In this document: piece after piece, positions 9,642 to 18,238 of the stretch
How the letters are laid out: every line of letters begins with the position of its first letter
Position numbering within the stretch: position 1 is the stretch's first letter
DNA from: a virus
Taxonomy: Duplodnaviria; Heunggongvirae; Uroviricota; Caudoviricetes
Virus record (IMG/VR): IMGVR_UViG_3300031949_000001
Location: 219,305-283,304 of that record
DNA length: 64,000 nucleotides
Reading direction: 5' to 3' (one strand)
The notes under the pieces: generated by a model
What the model was told of the DNA's origin: nothing
Database searches by the model: none
Seen by the model: only the letters and a program-made list of their open reading frames with translations
Program-made: the position numbers and the translations under genes

Positions 9642-11603
9642 ATGACGCCTGCTGAGAGCGCCACGGGATCTATTATTGAAGTAAACCCGCATACAGTCCA
9701 TGATTACATAGATGGATTAAACACACTAAATGATGAAGATAGTTGGAGAAATAAAAGTCTCATCGCCGCATCATCAACCCACAAAAAACTAAACGGTTAC
9801 CATCACAATGGTCACGACATTTTAAAAACTAGCAGAGTCAAGATCGACTATTCCCGTGACGATCTTTTTGATGAATTAGGTTTGCGTCGTCTCAAAGATT
9901 CATACATGATGGACACAGAATCGAGTCCTCAAGAGCGTTTCGCTTTCGTTGCTAATGAATTCGGATCAAATCCTGAGCATGCTCAACGATTGTATGACTA
10001 TGCGAGTAAGCATTGGTTGAGTTTTTCGACGCCAATCCTATCATACAAGAAGATGAAACGTGGACTTCCTATAAGTTGTTATTTAAATTTTATGGATGAT
10101 ACTAGCGAAGGATTAGTGGATACACTTTCCGAAACCAATTGGTTGTCAATGCTTGGTGGTGGTGTTGGAATCCATGTCCATATCCGTTCTTCAGATGAAA
10201 AGTCTGTTGGTGTAATGCCACACTTGAAGATTTATGATGCTTCTTGTTTAGCGTATCGTCAAGGCAAAACTCGTCGTGGTTCTTTTGCCGCATATCTAAA
10301 CATCTCCCATCCTGACGTTCTTCAATTCCTGGAAATGAGAAAGGCAACTGGTGATCAGAATATCCGAACATTGAATCTACACCATGGTCTCAACATCACG
10401 GACGACTTCATGGAAATCATCGAGCATTGTATGACCGATCCCGAAGCAGATGACACCTGGGAATTAAAAGATCCGCACGATGGTCGTGTTGTGCAAAAGA
10501 TTTCTGCTAAAGAACTTTGGCAGCGCATTCTAGAGATTCGTCTTCAAACGGGAGAGCCATATCTACATTTTATTGATACCGCGAATCATTTCTTGCCTAT
10601 ATGGTTGAAAGAGAGAGGTCTAAAGATTAACGGCTCGAATCTCTGCGTTGAAATCGAACTTCCAACTTCAAAAGAACGTACTGCTGTTTGTTGTCTCTCT
10701 TCTGTGAATCTGGAATACTACGACCAATGGAAAGACGATTATCAGTTCATCAAAGACGTTGCTGAGATGCTCGATAACGTTCTAACTCGATTCATTGAAA
10801 CTGCTCCTGATTCAATCGCGAAGGCGAAATTTTCAGCATCACGCGAGCGCTCTATTGGTGTTGGTGTCTTAGGATTACATAGTTACTTCCAACAAAAGAT
10901 GATGCCATTCGAATCGGCAATGGCAAAGTCATTGAACATGGGGATCTTCAAGAACATTCGTGGTAAGCTTGATCTTGCAAATCGCGAACTAGCAAAAGAA
11001 CGAGGCGAAGCACCAGATGCCAAGGGCTACGGTGTGAGATTCAGCCATTTAATGGCAATAGCGCCTACAGCTTCGACATCGATCATTCTTGGTAACACAA
11101 GTCCATCCATTGAACCATATCGTGCAAACGCCTATAGACAGGATACATTGTCCGGTGCCTTTCTAAATAAGAACCGCTACCTCGACAAAATTCTGAAGCA
11201 ACGATGCAAAGATGAAGACGAATACAAGGATGTTTGGAAGTCAATCATCAGTCATGATGGTAGTGTGCTACACTTGGAACAGTTGACGGATGATGAGAAA
11301 GAAGTCTTCAAGACAGCAATGGAAATTGACCAGCGCTGGATAATAGATTTAGCAGCGGATCGAGCACAATACATTGACCAAGGTCAATCGGTGAATGTCT
11401 TCTTTAGACCAGATACCAATGTGAAGTACATCCATTCAGTTCACTTCCTAGCATGGCGGAAGGGTTTAAAATCGTTGTACTATTGCCGCTCGGACAAACT
11501 TCGCAAGGCTGATAAGGTTTCACAACAAATCGAACGAAGAATCATAGAAGAGATTGATATAACAAAAGTTGCAGACGGTTCCGAGTGTATCGCCTGCATG
11601 TAA
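9642..11603 (+). CDS. nrdA: ribonucleotide reductase class Ia large subunit (no ATP-cone)
   Basis: Motifs NLCVEIELP and CCLSSVNL plus a glycyl/Cys active-site architecture; 653 aa. Confidence 0.9.
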   Translation: MTPAESATGSIIEVNPHTVHDYIDGLNTLNDEDSWRNKSLIAASSTHKKLNGYHHNGHDILKTSRVKIDYSRDDLFDELGLRRLKDSYMMDTESSPQERFAFVANEFGSNPEHAQRLYDYASKHWLSFSTPILSYKKMKRGLPISCYLNFMDDTSEGLVDTLSETNWLSMLGGGVGIHVHIRSSDEKSVGVMPHLKIYDASCLAYRQGKTRRGSFAAYLNISHPDVLQFLEMRKATGDQNIRTLNLHHGLNITDDFMEIIEHCMTDPEADDTWELKDPHDGRVVQKISAKELWQRILEIRLQTGEPYLHFIDTANHFLPIWLKERGLKINGSNLCVEIELPTSKERTAVCCLSSVNLEYYDQWKDDYQFIKDVAEMLDNVLTRFIETAPDSIAKAKFSASRERSIGVGVLGLHSYFQQKMMPFESAMAKSLNMGIFKNIRGKLDLANRELAKERGEAPDAKGYGVRFSHLMAIAPTASTSIILGNTSPSIEPYRANAYRQDTLSGAFLNKNRYLDKILKQRCKDEDEYKDVWKSIISHDGSVLHLEQLTDDEKEVFKTAMEIDQRWIIDLAADRAQYIDQGQSVNVFFRPDTNVKYIHSVHFLAWRKGLKSLYYCRSDKLRKADKVSQQIERRIIEEIDITKVADGSECIACM

Positions 11604-11612
11604 AAGGATAAT

Positions 11613-12596
11613 ATGAGCAAAGAATATAAGAAACTGACGCTGTCAGACGAGCGCCCATGGTTTAGACCGTTTTCATATGAATGGGCATACGAATATTGGT
11701 TGATGCACGAACAGATTCATTGGTTGTTTAACGAAGTGCCTTTACTGGAAGATTTGAAGGAATGGAACAACAAACTGACGGATAACGAGAAGAATTTTCT
11801 AACGCAGATTTTTCGCTTCTTTACACAAAGCGATATTGACGTTGCTGGTGGATATGTCAAGAACTTTCTACCACACTTTCCCCAACCTGAAGTCCGTATG
11901 ATGCTTTGTGGGTTTGCTGCGCGTGAAGCACTCCACATTGCCGCGTATTCACACCTGATAGAATCATTAGGAATGCCAGATACTGTGTATAATGATTTCT
12001 TCGAGTATGAAGCTATGCGAGAGAAACACGAATATTTTGAGAGTTTCCAAAGCCTGGATAAAGACAAAATCGCTATACAGATGGCAGCATTCTCAGCATT
12101 CACCGAGGGTTTACAACTTTTCAGTTCATTCATCATGCTCTTAAATTTTCCCCGCCATGGGAAGATGAAAGGTATGGGACAAATAATTACATGGTCTGTT
12201 GTTGATGAATCACTTCACGTTGAAGCTATGATTAAGCTTTTTAGGACATACATCGAAGAAAATCGTCATCTTTGGAAGGATGAATTGAAAGGAGAATTAT
12301 ATGTAATTGCAGCGAAAATGGTGGAATTGGAAGACAAGTTCATCGATCTTGCGTTCTCTCCAGGAGAAATGGAAGACCTAACAGCCGATGATGTTAAGAA
12401 GTACATCCGCTATATCGCAGATCGCCGTCTGATTAGTATGGGTTTGAAAGGAATTTACAAGGTCAAAAAGAATCCATTGCCTTGGGTGGATGAACTTATT
12501 AACGCACCGATCCATGGAAACTTCTTTGAAAATCGTGTGACGGATTACGCCAAGGGTGCAACGACCGGTAGTTGGGATGACGTTTGGGCTGCTTAA
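11613..12596 (+). CDS. nrdB: ribonucleotide reductase small subunit
   Basis: Ferritin-like diiron motifs (EREALHIAAYSHL, E..H) and immediate adjacency to nrdA. Confidence 0.9.
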   Translation: MSKEYKKLTLSDERPWFRPFSYEWAYEYWLMHEQIHWLFNEVPLLEDLKEWNNKLTDNEKNFLTQIFRFFTQSDIDVAGGYVKNFLPHFPQPEVRMMLCGFAAREALHIAAYSHLIESLGMPDTVYNDFFEYEAMREKHEYFESFQSLDKDKIAIQMAAFSAFTEGLQLFSSFIMLLNFPRHGKMKGMGQIITWSVVDESLHVEAMIKLFRTYIEENRHLWKDELKGELYVIAAKMVELEDKFIDLAFSPGEMEDLTADDVKKYIRYIADRRLISMGLKGIYKVKKNPLPWVDELINAPIHGNFFENRVTDYAKGATTGSWDDVWAA

Positions 12597-12601
12597 ACAG
12601 G

Positions 12602-12645
12602 AACAGATATACCAAAGAACTTGTATATCTGTTTCAACATTATTT
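12602..12645 (+). terminator. putative terminator hairpin after nrdAB
   Basis: Stem of 11 bp: AACAGATATAC ... GTATATCTGTT. The downstream T-stretch is weak. Confidence 0.4.
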
Positions 12646-12822
12646 CCTCCGTAAGTTCATGTCGTTGCCAAAAGAAAAAACCAGGAGGATGATAATCGTC
12701 ATTGATATAGAACGTCAGATGACCTTGTGCATCAATCTCGACTTCACTAGTCGAATATCCACATGCGCGTAAATACCAATAGTCGATTTCTAAACCTTTA
12801 AGGTCTTGGATTGGTTTACTCA

Positions 12823-13119
12823 TTAGTCGCGCCAATTCAACTTCTGATTAAGAATTGATATTTCTTCTGTCAGTTTTTTATTTTCAACTTTCAATACGCT
12901 CATAGGATGTTCTGGACATTCTTCGATGTGCGTTTTAAGTATGTCAGCCATAGAAACTGGAGTGTTGTTTACTGGTCCATAACGATGCCCACAATAAACA
13001 CAGTTGACATACATTCCGCTTTGTAAGTCATCAATCCATTCTTCATAACGCTTTATTATGTTAGTAAGGCGGCGATTTTCTGTCTCTAGTGATTCAATAC
13101 GTAATTCTATTTTTTCCAT
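12823..13119 (-). CDS. hypothetical zinc-finger protein
   Basis: CVYCGH...C..H motif with a coiled-coil N-terminus. Confidence 0.4.
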   Translation of the reverse strand: MEKIELRIESLETENRRLTNIIKRYEEWIDDLQSGMYVNCVYCGHRYGPVNNTPVSMADILKTHIEECPEHPMSVLKVENKKLTEEISILNQKLNWRD

Positions 13120-13817
13120 TATACTACCTCCTTGTAATTCAGCTTATTCTTTTCAATCAACTGAGCTAACGAAATCGGCGTGAAACCAACCTGTTCAACG
13201 CTTACGTTAACGTGGTGTGGATGACCGGTATTTGAGTCGTGTGTGTGCCCATGGATGCCATAGTAGCCATCAGGCACGTGTGCATTCAATGGATAGTGTG
13301 TGAATATAAGATTACCAAGCTGATAAGCTGAATGAATCTCATCGAAATACAGCGTTCTCAATTTACCACCCTTATCAAGATCGTGGTTACCAAAAACCAA
13401 AATCTTATATCCTGATAGGCTTGCCAACATAGAGTTTGTAACGTGTGTACCGCCACGTTCAAATGTAACATCACCTACCCAAATGCTTACATCATCTGGT
13501 CCAACCGTCTTACGATAGTTTTCCAATAAGGCATGATTCATATCATCTGTATTGGAGTATGGGCGACCGGTATAACGAATAATGTTGTTGTGGAAGAAAT
13601 GGAGGTCACTCCAAATCCAAATTCTATTTGGATCGAATCCGATGAGGTCTTTAAAAGAACCTTCTATCTTAGCCGATGGAATAAAGTCTCTCCATGGGCT
13701 TGGGTCACGGACTTGGGGACGCGATGCGCGCTCTTCGCCCATCCTATCCGCCCGCATCCTTTCGTCTGGTGCTCTTAGGTTTCGAACATATAGTTCAATT
13801 AGTTTTTCGTACTTCAT
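13119..13817 (-). CDS. calcineurin-like metallophosphoesterase
   Basis: Motifs WSDLHF, GD, GNHD and GHTHD. The start was moved to the MKYEKL methionine, which has an AAGGA ribosome-binding site. Confidence 0.65.
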   Translation of the reverse strand: MKYEKLIELYVRNLRAPDERMRADRMGEERASRPQVRDPSPWRDFIPSAKIEGSFKDLIGFDPNRIWIWSDLHFFHNNIIRYTGRPYSNTDDMNHALLENYRKTVGPDDVSIWVGDVTFERGGTHVTNSMLASLSGYKILVFGNHDLDKGGKLRTLYFDEIHSAYQLGNLIFTHYPLNAHVPDGYYGIHGHTHDSNTGHPHHVNVSVEQVGFTPISLAQLIEKNKLNYKEVV

Positions 13818-14838
13818 TTTTGTTACTTTTTCCTTTATGTGTTGATTTTTTACAAAGGACGAATATTTGTGCTTTAGCTTCATTCCCCGTAAAAGTTTTT
13901 TCAATTATAGAATTCAAGACGTATAGCTTACCATATTTTACTACAGCTTCGCAAATGTCCTTACATTCACCTATTTCGGGCATGCCTATTGCCCATCCTT
14001 GTTCTATTCCACATAACGCCAATAAATGACCATCACCCCTCCTATCAGGAAGGATTATCTTTTTGCGAGAAGTTCTATTTAGTATTTTTATTTGTTCTGT
14101 CGAGAGTTCATTTCCCAAGACAGCAACACCTCCCAGGTGAAACGCGTCGAAGAAACCTTCTACAATGTACAGCGGATCATCTGTTTTGCGATGTATTTCA
14201 TCCATTCCGTACATCACATTTCCCTTCGGGATAGCAAGACTGAGATATTTTAAACGAGTTGAATTGTCGAGCAAGTCTCGCCCTTGGTAGAATATTAGTT
14301 TTTCTTGATGATAAAAGGGGATGATTAAACGAGCAACCCATTGCTTACTTTCCTTAGTGCCATCGTTCTTACCCGTAAAGAATGGATAGTCTCCCAAAGA
14401 CATAGATCTTTGAGTCTGAAGATGCTCTTCCGCCATCACGGCAATGGAGTTATTGGGATCGACTTTGAGGCGTTCGAAATAGCTCGGAAACTTAACTTCT
14501 TTAGGATAAAAGACCGATTCTTTCTTGACTTCTGGACTCTTAAGACCCTTTCTAATCGCCAAATCTTTGAGAATGATTCCATTCAATTCTTCTTCGGGAA
14601 TACCAAAAGCTGCGAGAACATCTCGCATCGCATCAGACATTTTGAAATTAGGATCATAGGTTGCCTTGGCTGGACAGTTGAAGCAATGATAGCCGACAGT
14701 ATCGCCTTCAAATTTGAAGCCACCACGCTTTTTATTGGCATGATCGTTACAGGCAAGACATCGAACGGGATGCCAACCCGAGGGCGTAGCATCGCCTAGT
14801 GAAATGTAGGTTCTAATTATTTCTTGTAGATCGTTCAT
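13795..14838 (-). CDS. DNA primase (T4 gp61/DnaG-like: zinc ribbon + TOPRIM)
   Basis: N-terminal zinc ribbon CLACNDH...CFNC and a TOPRIM domain (IVEGFFD, PDRRGDG). Confidence 0.7.
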   Translation of the reverse strand: MNDLQEIIRTYISLGDATPSGWHPVRCLACNDHANKKRGGFKFEGDTVGYHCFNCPAKATYDPNFKMSDAMRDVLAAFGIPEEELNGIILKDLAIRKGLKSPEVKKESVFYPKEVKFPSYFERLKVDPNNSIAVMAEEHLQTQRSMSLGDYPFFTGKNDGTKESKQWVARLIIPFYHQEKLIFYQGRDLLDNSTRLKYLSLAIPKGNVMYGMDEIHRKTDDPLYIVEGFFDAFHLGGVAVLGNELSTEQIKILNRTSRKKIILPDRRGDGHLLALCGIEQGWAIGMPEIGECKDICEAVVKYGKLYVLNSIIEKTFTGNEAKAQIFVLCKKSTHKGKSNKNEVRKTN

Positions 14839-14873
14839 GATGTCTCGAATTATGAACGATTATTGGCTGCGTG

Positions 14874-15500
14874 TCAACGGGGTTTCTTTTTCTTCTTAGC
14901 TGGTTTACGTTCAATCTGTTCTTCTTGGGTCATTTTGTTCAGGCGTTTACGAATTTCATCGGAATCCATCCAAATATCCCGCCCGCCTTGAATTTCTATA
15001 ACCTCTTCTTCGCTAAGGAATGGAACACAAATCTTTTTCAAAATCTTGTTGAACCATTTGTTAATCATTTCCAATTCTGCGGTAATCTCATGACCTTTAC
15101 CATACATGAGGTTGGAGTAATGGTGGAACATCATCAAACAATTTTCATGGATCTGAAGTTCGTCGCCTGATAGAAAAATGAGGGTTCCTAAAGAGTAGGC
15201 TCGGCTTTCTAGACTGGTGATGACATGAGCGTCGGTGGCTCGAATTGCATTGATAATCTGCATCCCGGTTTCGAGATAACCACCAGGAGTGTTTAAGTGA
15301 ATTGTGATAATATCATTTTCGTTTGCTGACCTGATTTTATGAATCATGTCAATGAATTCGGGTCCATCTCCAATCCCATCTGAAAGATAAATCGAAATGT
15401 GCTTGGATATTACTTTGTTTACGAAGATTTTGTAACCGTAAAACGCTTCGTTCTTTCTTTTCTTTTTATCTGTTTTTTCAGCAGGAATTTGATCAACCAT
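14874..15500 (-). CDS. ClpP-family serine peptidase
   Basis: NTPGG motif, AYSLGT (catalytic Ser context) and a downstream FHH histidine; 208 aa. Confidence 0.6.
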   Translation of the reverse strand: MVDQIPAEKTDKKKRKNEAFYGYKIFVNKVISKHISIYLSDGIGDGPEFIDMIHKIRSANENDIITIHLNTPGGYLETGMQIINAIRATDAHVITSLESRAYSLGTLIFLSGDELQIHENCLMMFHHYSNLMYGKGHEITAELEMINKWFNKILKKICVPFLSEEEVIEIQGGRDIWMDSDEIRKRLNKMTQEEQIERKPAKKKKKPR

Positions 15501-15515
15501 GTTGTTTCCTTTGTT

Positions 15516-16151
15516 TTATATTGTGAAACCGTTTCTTTTTAAGAATCTATTTAAATAATCATGTTTTGGATACATCTCACGCCGTTCTCTGGCATTTTTC
15601 CCCTCATCTAAATTGATCAACAATCCACTCTTAGACAAAGTCTTTAATCCCAACAAATCAATAATTTTTGATTCTGTTTCGAACGCTTTAGCTTCGGATA
15701 GATTTTCAGCAATTTTAATAGAAATTATTTCTTTGTTAGCTTTTAGAATTTTTGTTCGAATCTTTCTATGACCTTCGTTTCGATTAAAATCTAGATATCT
15801 ATCGTCGTTTCCTTTACCTACGTAGAATGGTTGGAATTGGAGATTGAACTTCAGTGCCAGAAAAACGAAACGAATATCATTTTTAACACGGATGGGGTCG
15901 AGCGGGTTACAATGAAGGTAAACATAATAATTATTCGAAGGATTGTTCGCTGGATAAAGACTAGACAAATCCGTAGCGTAAACAGATTCCATCAATGGAT
16001 AAATGTTATCCATATTATGCTTACACCCATCGAAATAAACTTCGTTGTAACCCAAAGAGCGAAGGATTTCTTTTCTTCGTTTTTGGAGTTTCGAAATTAA
16101 CTTCTTGAGGTCCGTTGGATCATCAATATCAACTTCAAAATTTCTTTTCAT
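15516..16151 (-). CDS. GIY-YIG-like homing endonuclease
   Basis: YVYL and FYVGKG motifs plus the R/H/E catalytic residues. The start was trimmed to MKRNF so that it follows the tmRNA terminator. The spacing between the two motifs is atypically long. Confidence 0.45.
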   Translation of the reverse strand: MKRNFEVDIDDPTDLKKLISKLQKRRKEILRSLGYNEVYFDGCKHNMDNIYPLMESVYATDLSSLYPANNPSNNYYVYLHCNPLDPIRVKNDIRFVFLALKFNLQFQPFYVGKGNDDRYLDFNRNEGHRKIRTKILKANKEIISIKIAENLSEAKAFETESKIIDLLGLKTLSKSGLLINLDEGKNARERREMYPKHDYLNRFLKRNGFTI

Positions 16152-16159
16152 AGTTGCAA

Positions 16160-16457
16160 GAAACTCGGTGGAATTGGTTAACAAGGCTCCACCGAAAACC
16201 CCGGTCAAGATTAGGCTGCTACGCCGTAAACATCCTCGACATTGTAAAATGCGTCATTTGCATTTAGTTTTTGCTACTTCACGGTGTTCGCCTACCGAGT
16301 TGCTCTAATAGGTACATTATCATGCCCCCGTCGAATCCTGTCATCCCCATAATTTAAGAGATAACCACCATTGTACATCTTGGTGGAGATGCCGGTCTAC
16401 GATAACCGGGTCCGAAAACACTTTCCACAATTCGAGTTTACAACCATTAACTACACT
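16160..16457 (-). ncRNA. ssrA: two-piece (circularly permuted) tmRNA, ssrA-like
   Basis: The minus strand reads GGGGATGACAGGATTCGACGGGGG (compare E. coli GGGGCUGAUUCUGGAUUCGACGGG). A tag reading frame follows: GCA AAT GAC ... GTA GCA GCC TAA, giving ANDAFYNVEDVYGVAA. Upstream in the gene lies the acceptor piece, GGAAAGUGUUUUCGGAC-CCGGU-loop-ACCGG-CATCUCC-A-CCA, which includes a conserved G3-U70 wobble. Confidence 0.75.
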
Positions 16458-16464
16458 AGTATTT

Positions 16465-16493
16465 ATCGTACCATCAAATCCAAGTCTCGTCAA
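16465..16493 (-). promoter_or_regulatory. sigma70-like promoter for the tmRNA
   Basis: TTGACG, 17-nt spacer, TACGAT on the minus strand just 5' of the acceptor piece. Confidence 0.35.
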
Positions 16494-16504
16494 CTATGAT
16501 TTTA

Positions 16505-16699
16505 CTAGTAATTTCGAGACAATTTTGCTAATTCTCTATTGATCCAATTGATAGCTCCGTTCTTAGAAAAGAAGCCACGCTGAAAGAATGGCTTAGAGTC
16601 ACCCACCTGAAAGAAGTCTACATCCACGAACGCGTGATCGCGCCCATGAATAGCAAACGTTAACCCTCGAAAATTTCCAAATGTATAAACGTTTTTCAT
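16505..16699 (-). CDS. hypothetical small protein
   Basis: 64-aa ORF overlapping the DHFR stop by 4 nt. Confidence 0.35.
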   Translation of the reverse strand: MKNVYTFGNFRGLTFAIHGRDHAFVDVDFFQVGDSKPFFQRGFFSKNGAINWINRELAKLSRNY

Positions 16700-17238
16700 C
16701 GCATTACCCTCTCATAATGAACGAAATAGGTGTCTTTACTCTCGACCCCGTCTAATATCTTAAACTTTTTTGTTAGTTCTGTTATTGGAAAAAATTTATC
16801 ACAATCATAATATCCTTTTACAATTGTGCAATATATATCCTTTACATATGGCAAGAATTCAAGGTAAAGCTTCTCGCCACCAATTACAAACAATGTTTGA
16901 ACCTTATTTTCTACCATGGCTTCTTTTTGGTACATGATGCCTCGAAGCCAACCAATCCGTTTTGCACCATGAGGTTTGAATTCCTCGTTTCTGGAAAGTA
17001 CAAAACTTGTCCTCCCGCGCAATAGAGGTCCATCTTCGCGTAGTCCTCTATTTAGCTTATCTTCATGAATTTCCTCGTAAGTATTGCGCCCCATAACTAC
17101 AATATGACCGTTCGTCAATTCCTTGAATCGCTTCAAGTCTTTCTTATAGAATGGTTGATCCTTCCAAGGGGTCTTGAAATTCTTTGCAAACCCGCCGGCT
17201 TCATCCAAAGCGACCGCAATCGCTATGTTGTTGATCAT
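16696..17238 (-). CDS. frd: dihydrofolate reductase
   Basis: N-terminal IAVALDEAGGF, PW and VVMGRNTYE motifs; 180 aa. Confidence 0.85.
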   Translation of the reverse strand: MINNIAIAVALDEAGGFAKNFKTPWKDQPFYKKDLKRFKELTNGHIVVMGRNTYEEIHEDKLNRGLREDGPLLRGRTSFVLSRNEEFKPHGAKRIGWLRGIMYQKEAMVENKVQTLFVIGGEKLYLEFLPYVKDIYCTIVKGYYDCDKFFPITELTKKFKILDGVESKDTYFVHYERVMR

Positions 17239-17756
17239 TTGGTGCCTTTCGTCTTAGCCCAATTTAAATTAAGTTCTTCCAAATATTCCGTATCAAACTC
17301 TAAATCGAAATCAACTTCCGGCAACTTGCTCACATCCAGATCACCAATATCATATGACAAGGTTATGTGCGTCTCATACTTATCGTAATCAAACGTAGCA
17401 CCATGTTCTTTCATCAATTCTTCATGTCGCTTAACTAGAGCGGGGCACTTGAACTTTAAAACTAAACAGTTTGCTTTTTCCTCGTTTGGATCTTCCGGTG
17501 TTGTTTTCCACACCGTAAATCCTACCGTCTTGCCAACATAAGGGACATCTAGTTTACCAGCAGGTTTGTAATTTGGTAAGTGCTTTCTGCTGTAGAGAAT
17601 GGTCGTATGAAGTTTATCTGCCTTGACCGGGAGTGGAATCTTGTTATCTTCCATGTAGTCAGCCAGATTTTCTTTTGTTTCTTGGCTAGGTTTTACACCT
17701 GCGTAGATGCCTCGAACTGTTTTTCTTTTTTCTTCAAGGATTTCTTTTATTTTCAT
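17235..17756 (-). CDS. 2H phosphoesterase (LigT/Acb1-like)
   Basis: Two H-x-T/S-x motifs (LHTTIL and THITLS) about 70 residues apart; 173 aa. Confidence 0.6.
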   Translation of the reverse strand: MKIKEILEEKRKTVRGIYAGVKPSQETKENLADYMEDNKIPLPVKADKLHTTILYSRKHLPNYKPAGKLDVPYVGKTVGFTVWKTTPEDPNEEKANCLVLKFKCPALVKRHEELMKEHGATFDYDKYETHITLSYDIGDLDVSKLPEVDFDLEFDTEYLEELNLNWAKTKGTK

Positions 17757-17772
17757 TGTTACCCCATTAAGT

Positions 17773-17991
17773 TTATTTTTGACAAGGAATCACCTTGCTT
17801 TCTTTATCTAACATAATTGACATCATCGCGCTTTGTAAATTTCGATTTATAGCGATATAGGTTAAACCTTCAATACAAAGAATATCGTATTGTTTTGTCA
17901 CCACCGGAATTTTATGACCGCCTGGAATCGAATAAATGATTATCAGAACCAAACCGGCAAGAATAATTCCTAAAATTGACATTGTCTTATT
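17773..17991 (-). CDS. small membrane protein
   Basis: One hydrophobic helix, ILGIILAGLVLIIIY. The start was taken at MNKT. Confidence 0.4.
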   Translation of the reverse strand, partial: NKTMSILGIILAGLVLIIIYSIPGGHKIPVVTKQYDILCIEGLTYIAINRNLQSAMMSIMLDKESKVIPCQK

Positions 17992-18238
17992 CATTTCCAT
18001 TTCCCTTAACACCTGTACAAGTGTTGATAATCCTTCCATTAAGTAACGGACATTCAGCACATCCATAGATGCGTATCTCTCCGTCTTTCCCTTTCATTTC
18101 TGTTAAAACAATCTTACAAGCAAAAATAGTCTCCGGTGGTCCGAGATTACTTGGATACTGTTCGTCCGGTACGTCTTGTGCGAAACAGAAAGATGAACCT
18201 AACAACAATAAACTAATTAAATATTTAATCATAACCAA
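17987..18238 (-). CDS. small secreted cysteine-rich protein
   Basis: Signal peptide LISLLLLGSSFCFA followed by 6 Cys. Confidence 0.45.
   Translation of the reverse strand: MVMIKYLISLLLLGSSFCFAQDVPDEQYPSNLGPPETIFACKIVLTEMKGKDGEIRIYGCAECPLLNGRIINTCTGVKGNGNE

Noticed and set aside
9467-9664. Minus-strand 65-aa ORF in the nrdA upstream region
   Set aside because: It overlaps the nrdA start and a structured leader and has no ribosome-binding site. It is likely a non-coding regulatory region.
12593-12835. 80-aa minus ORF immediately after nrdB
   Set aside because: Its C-terminal coding part contains the strong 11-bp hairpin that looks like the nrdAB terminator. It is also overlapped by a plus ORF. 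Coding status is doubtful.
15516-16208. Full-length 230-aa version of the GIY-YIG-like ORF starting at 16208
   Set aside because: Its first 19 codons would overlap the tmRNA tag region and terminator hairpin. The start was moved to MKRNF (16151). The GIY-to-YIG spacing is unusually long, so the family assignment is kept at reduced confidence.
16209-16504. ~300-bp ORF-free region next to a GIY-YIG gene, first considered as a group I intron or generic sRNA (also plus ORF 16105..16308)
   Set aside because: Sequence-level matches to the tmRNA 5' end, the tag reading frame and the 3' tRNA-like domain explain the whole region. No P7/P3 intron elements were seen. The overlapping plus ORF is discarded.
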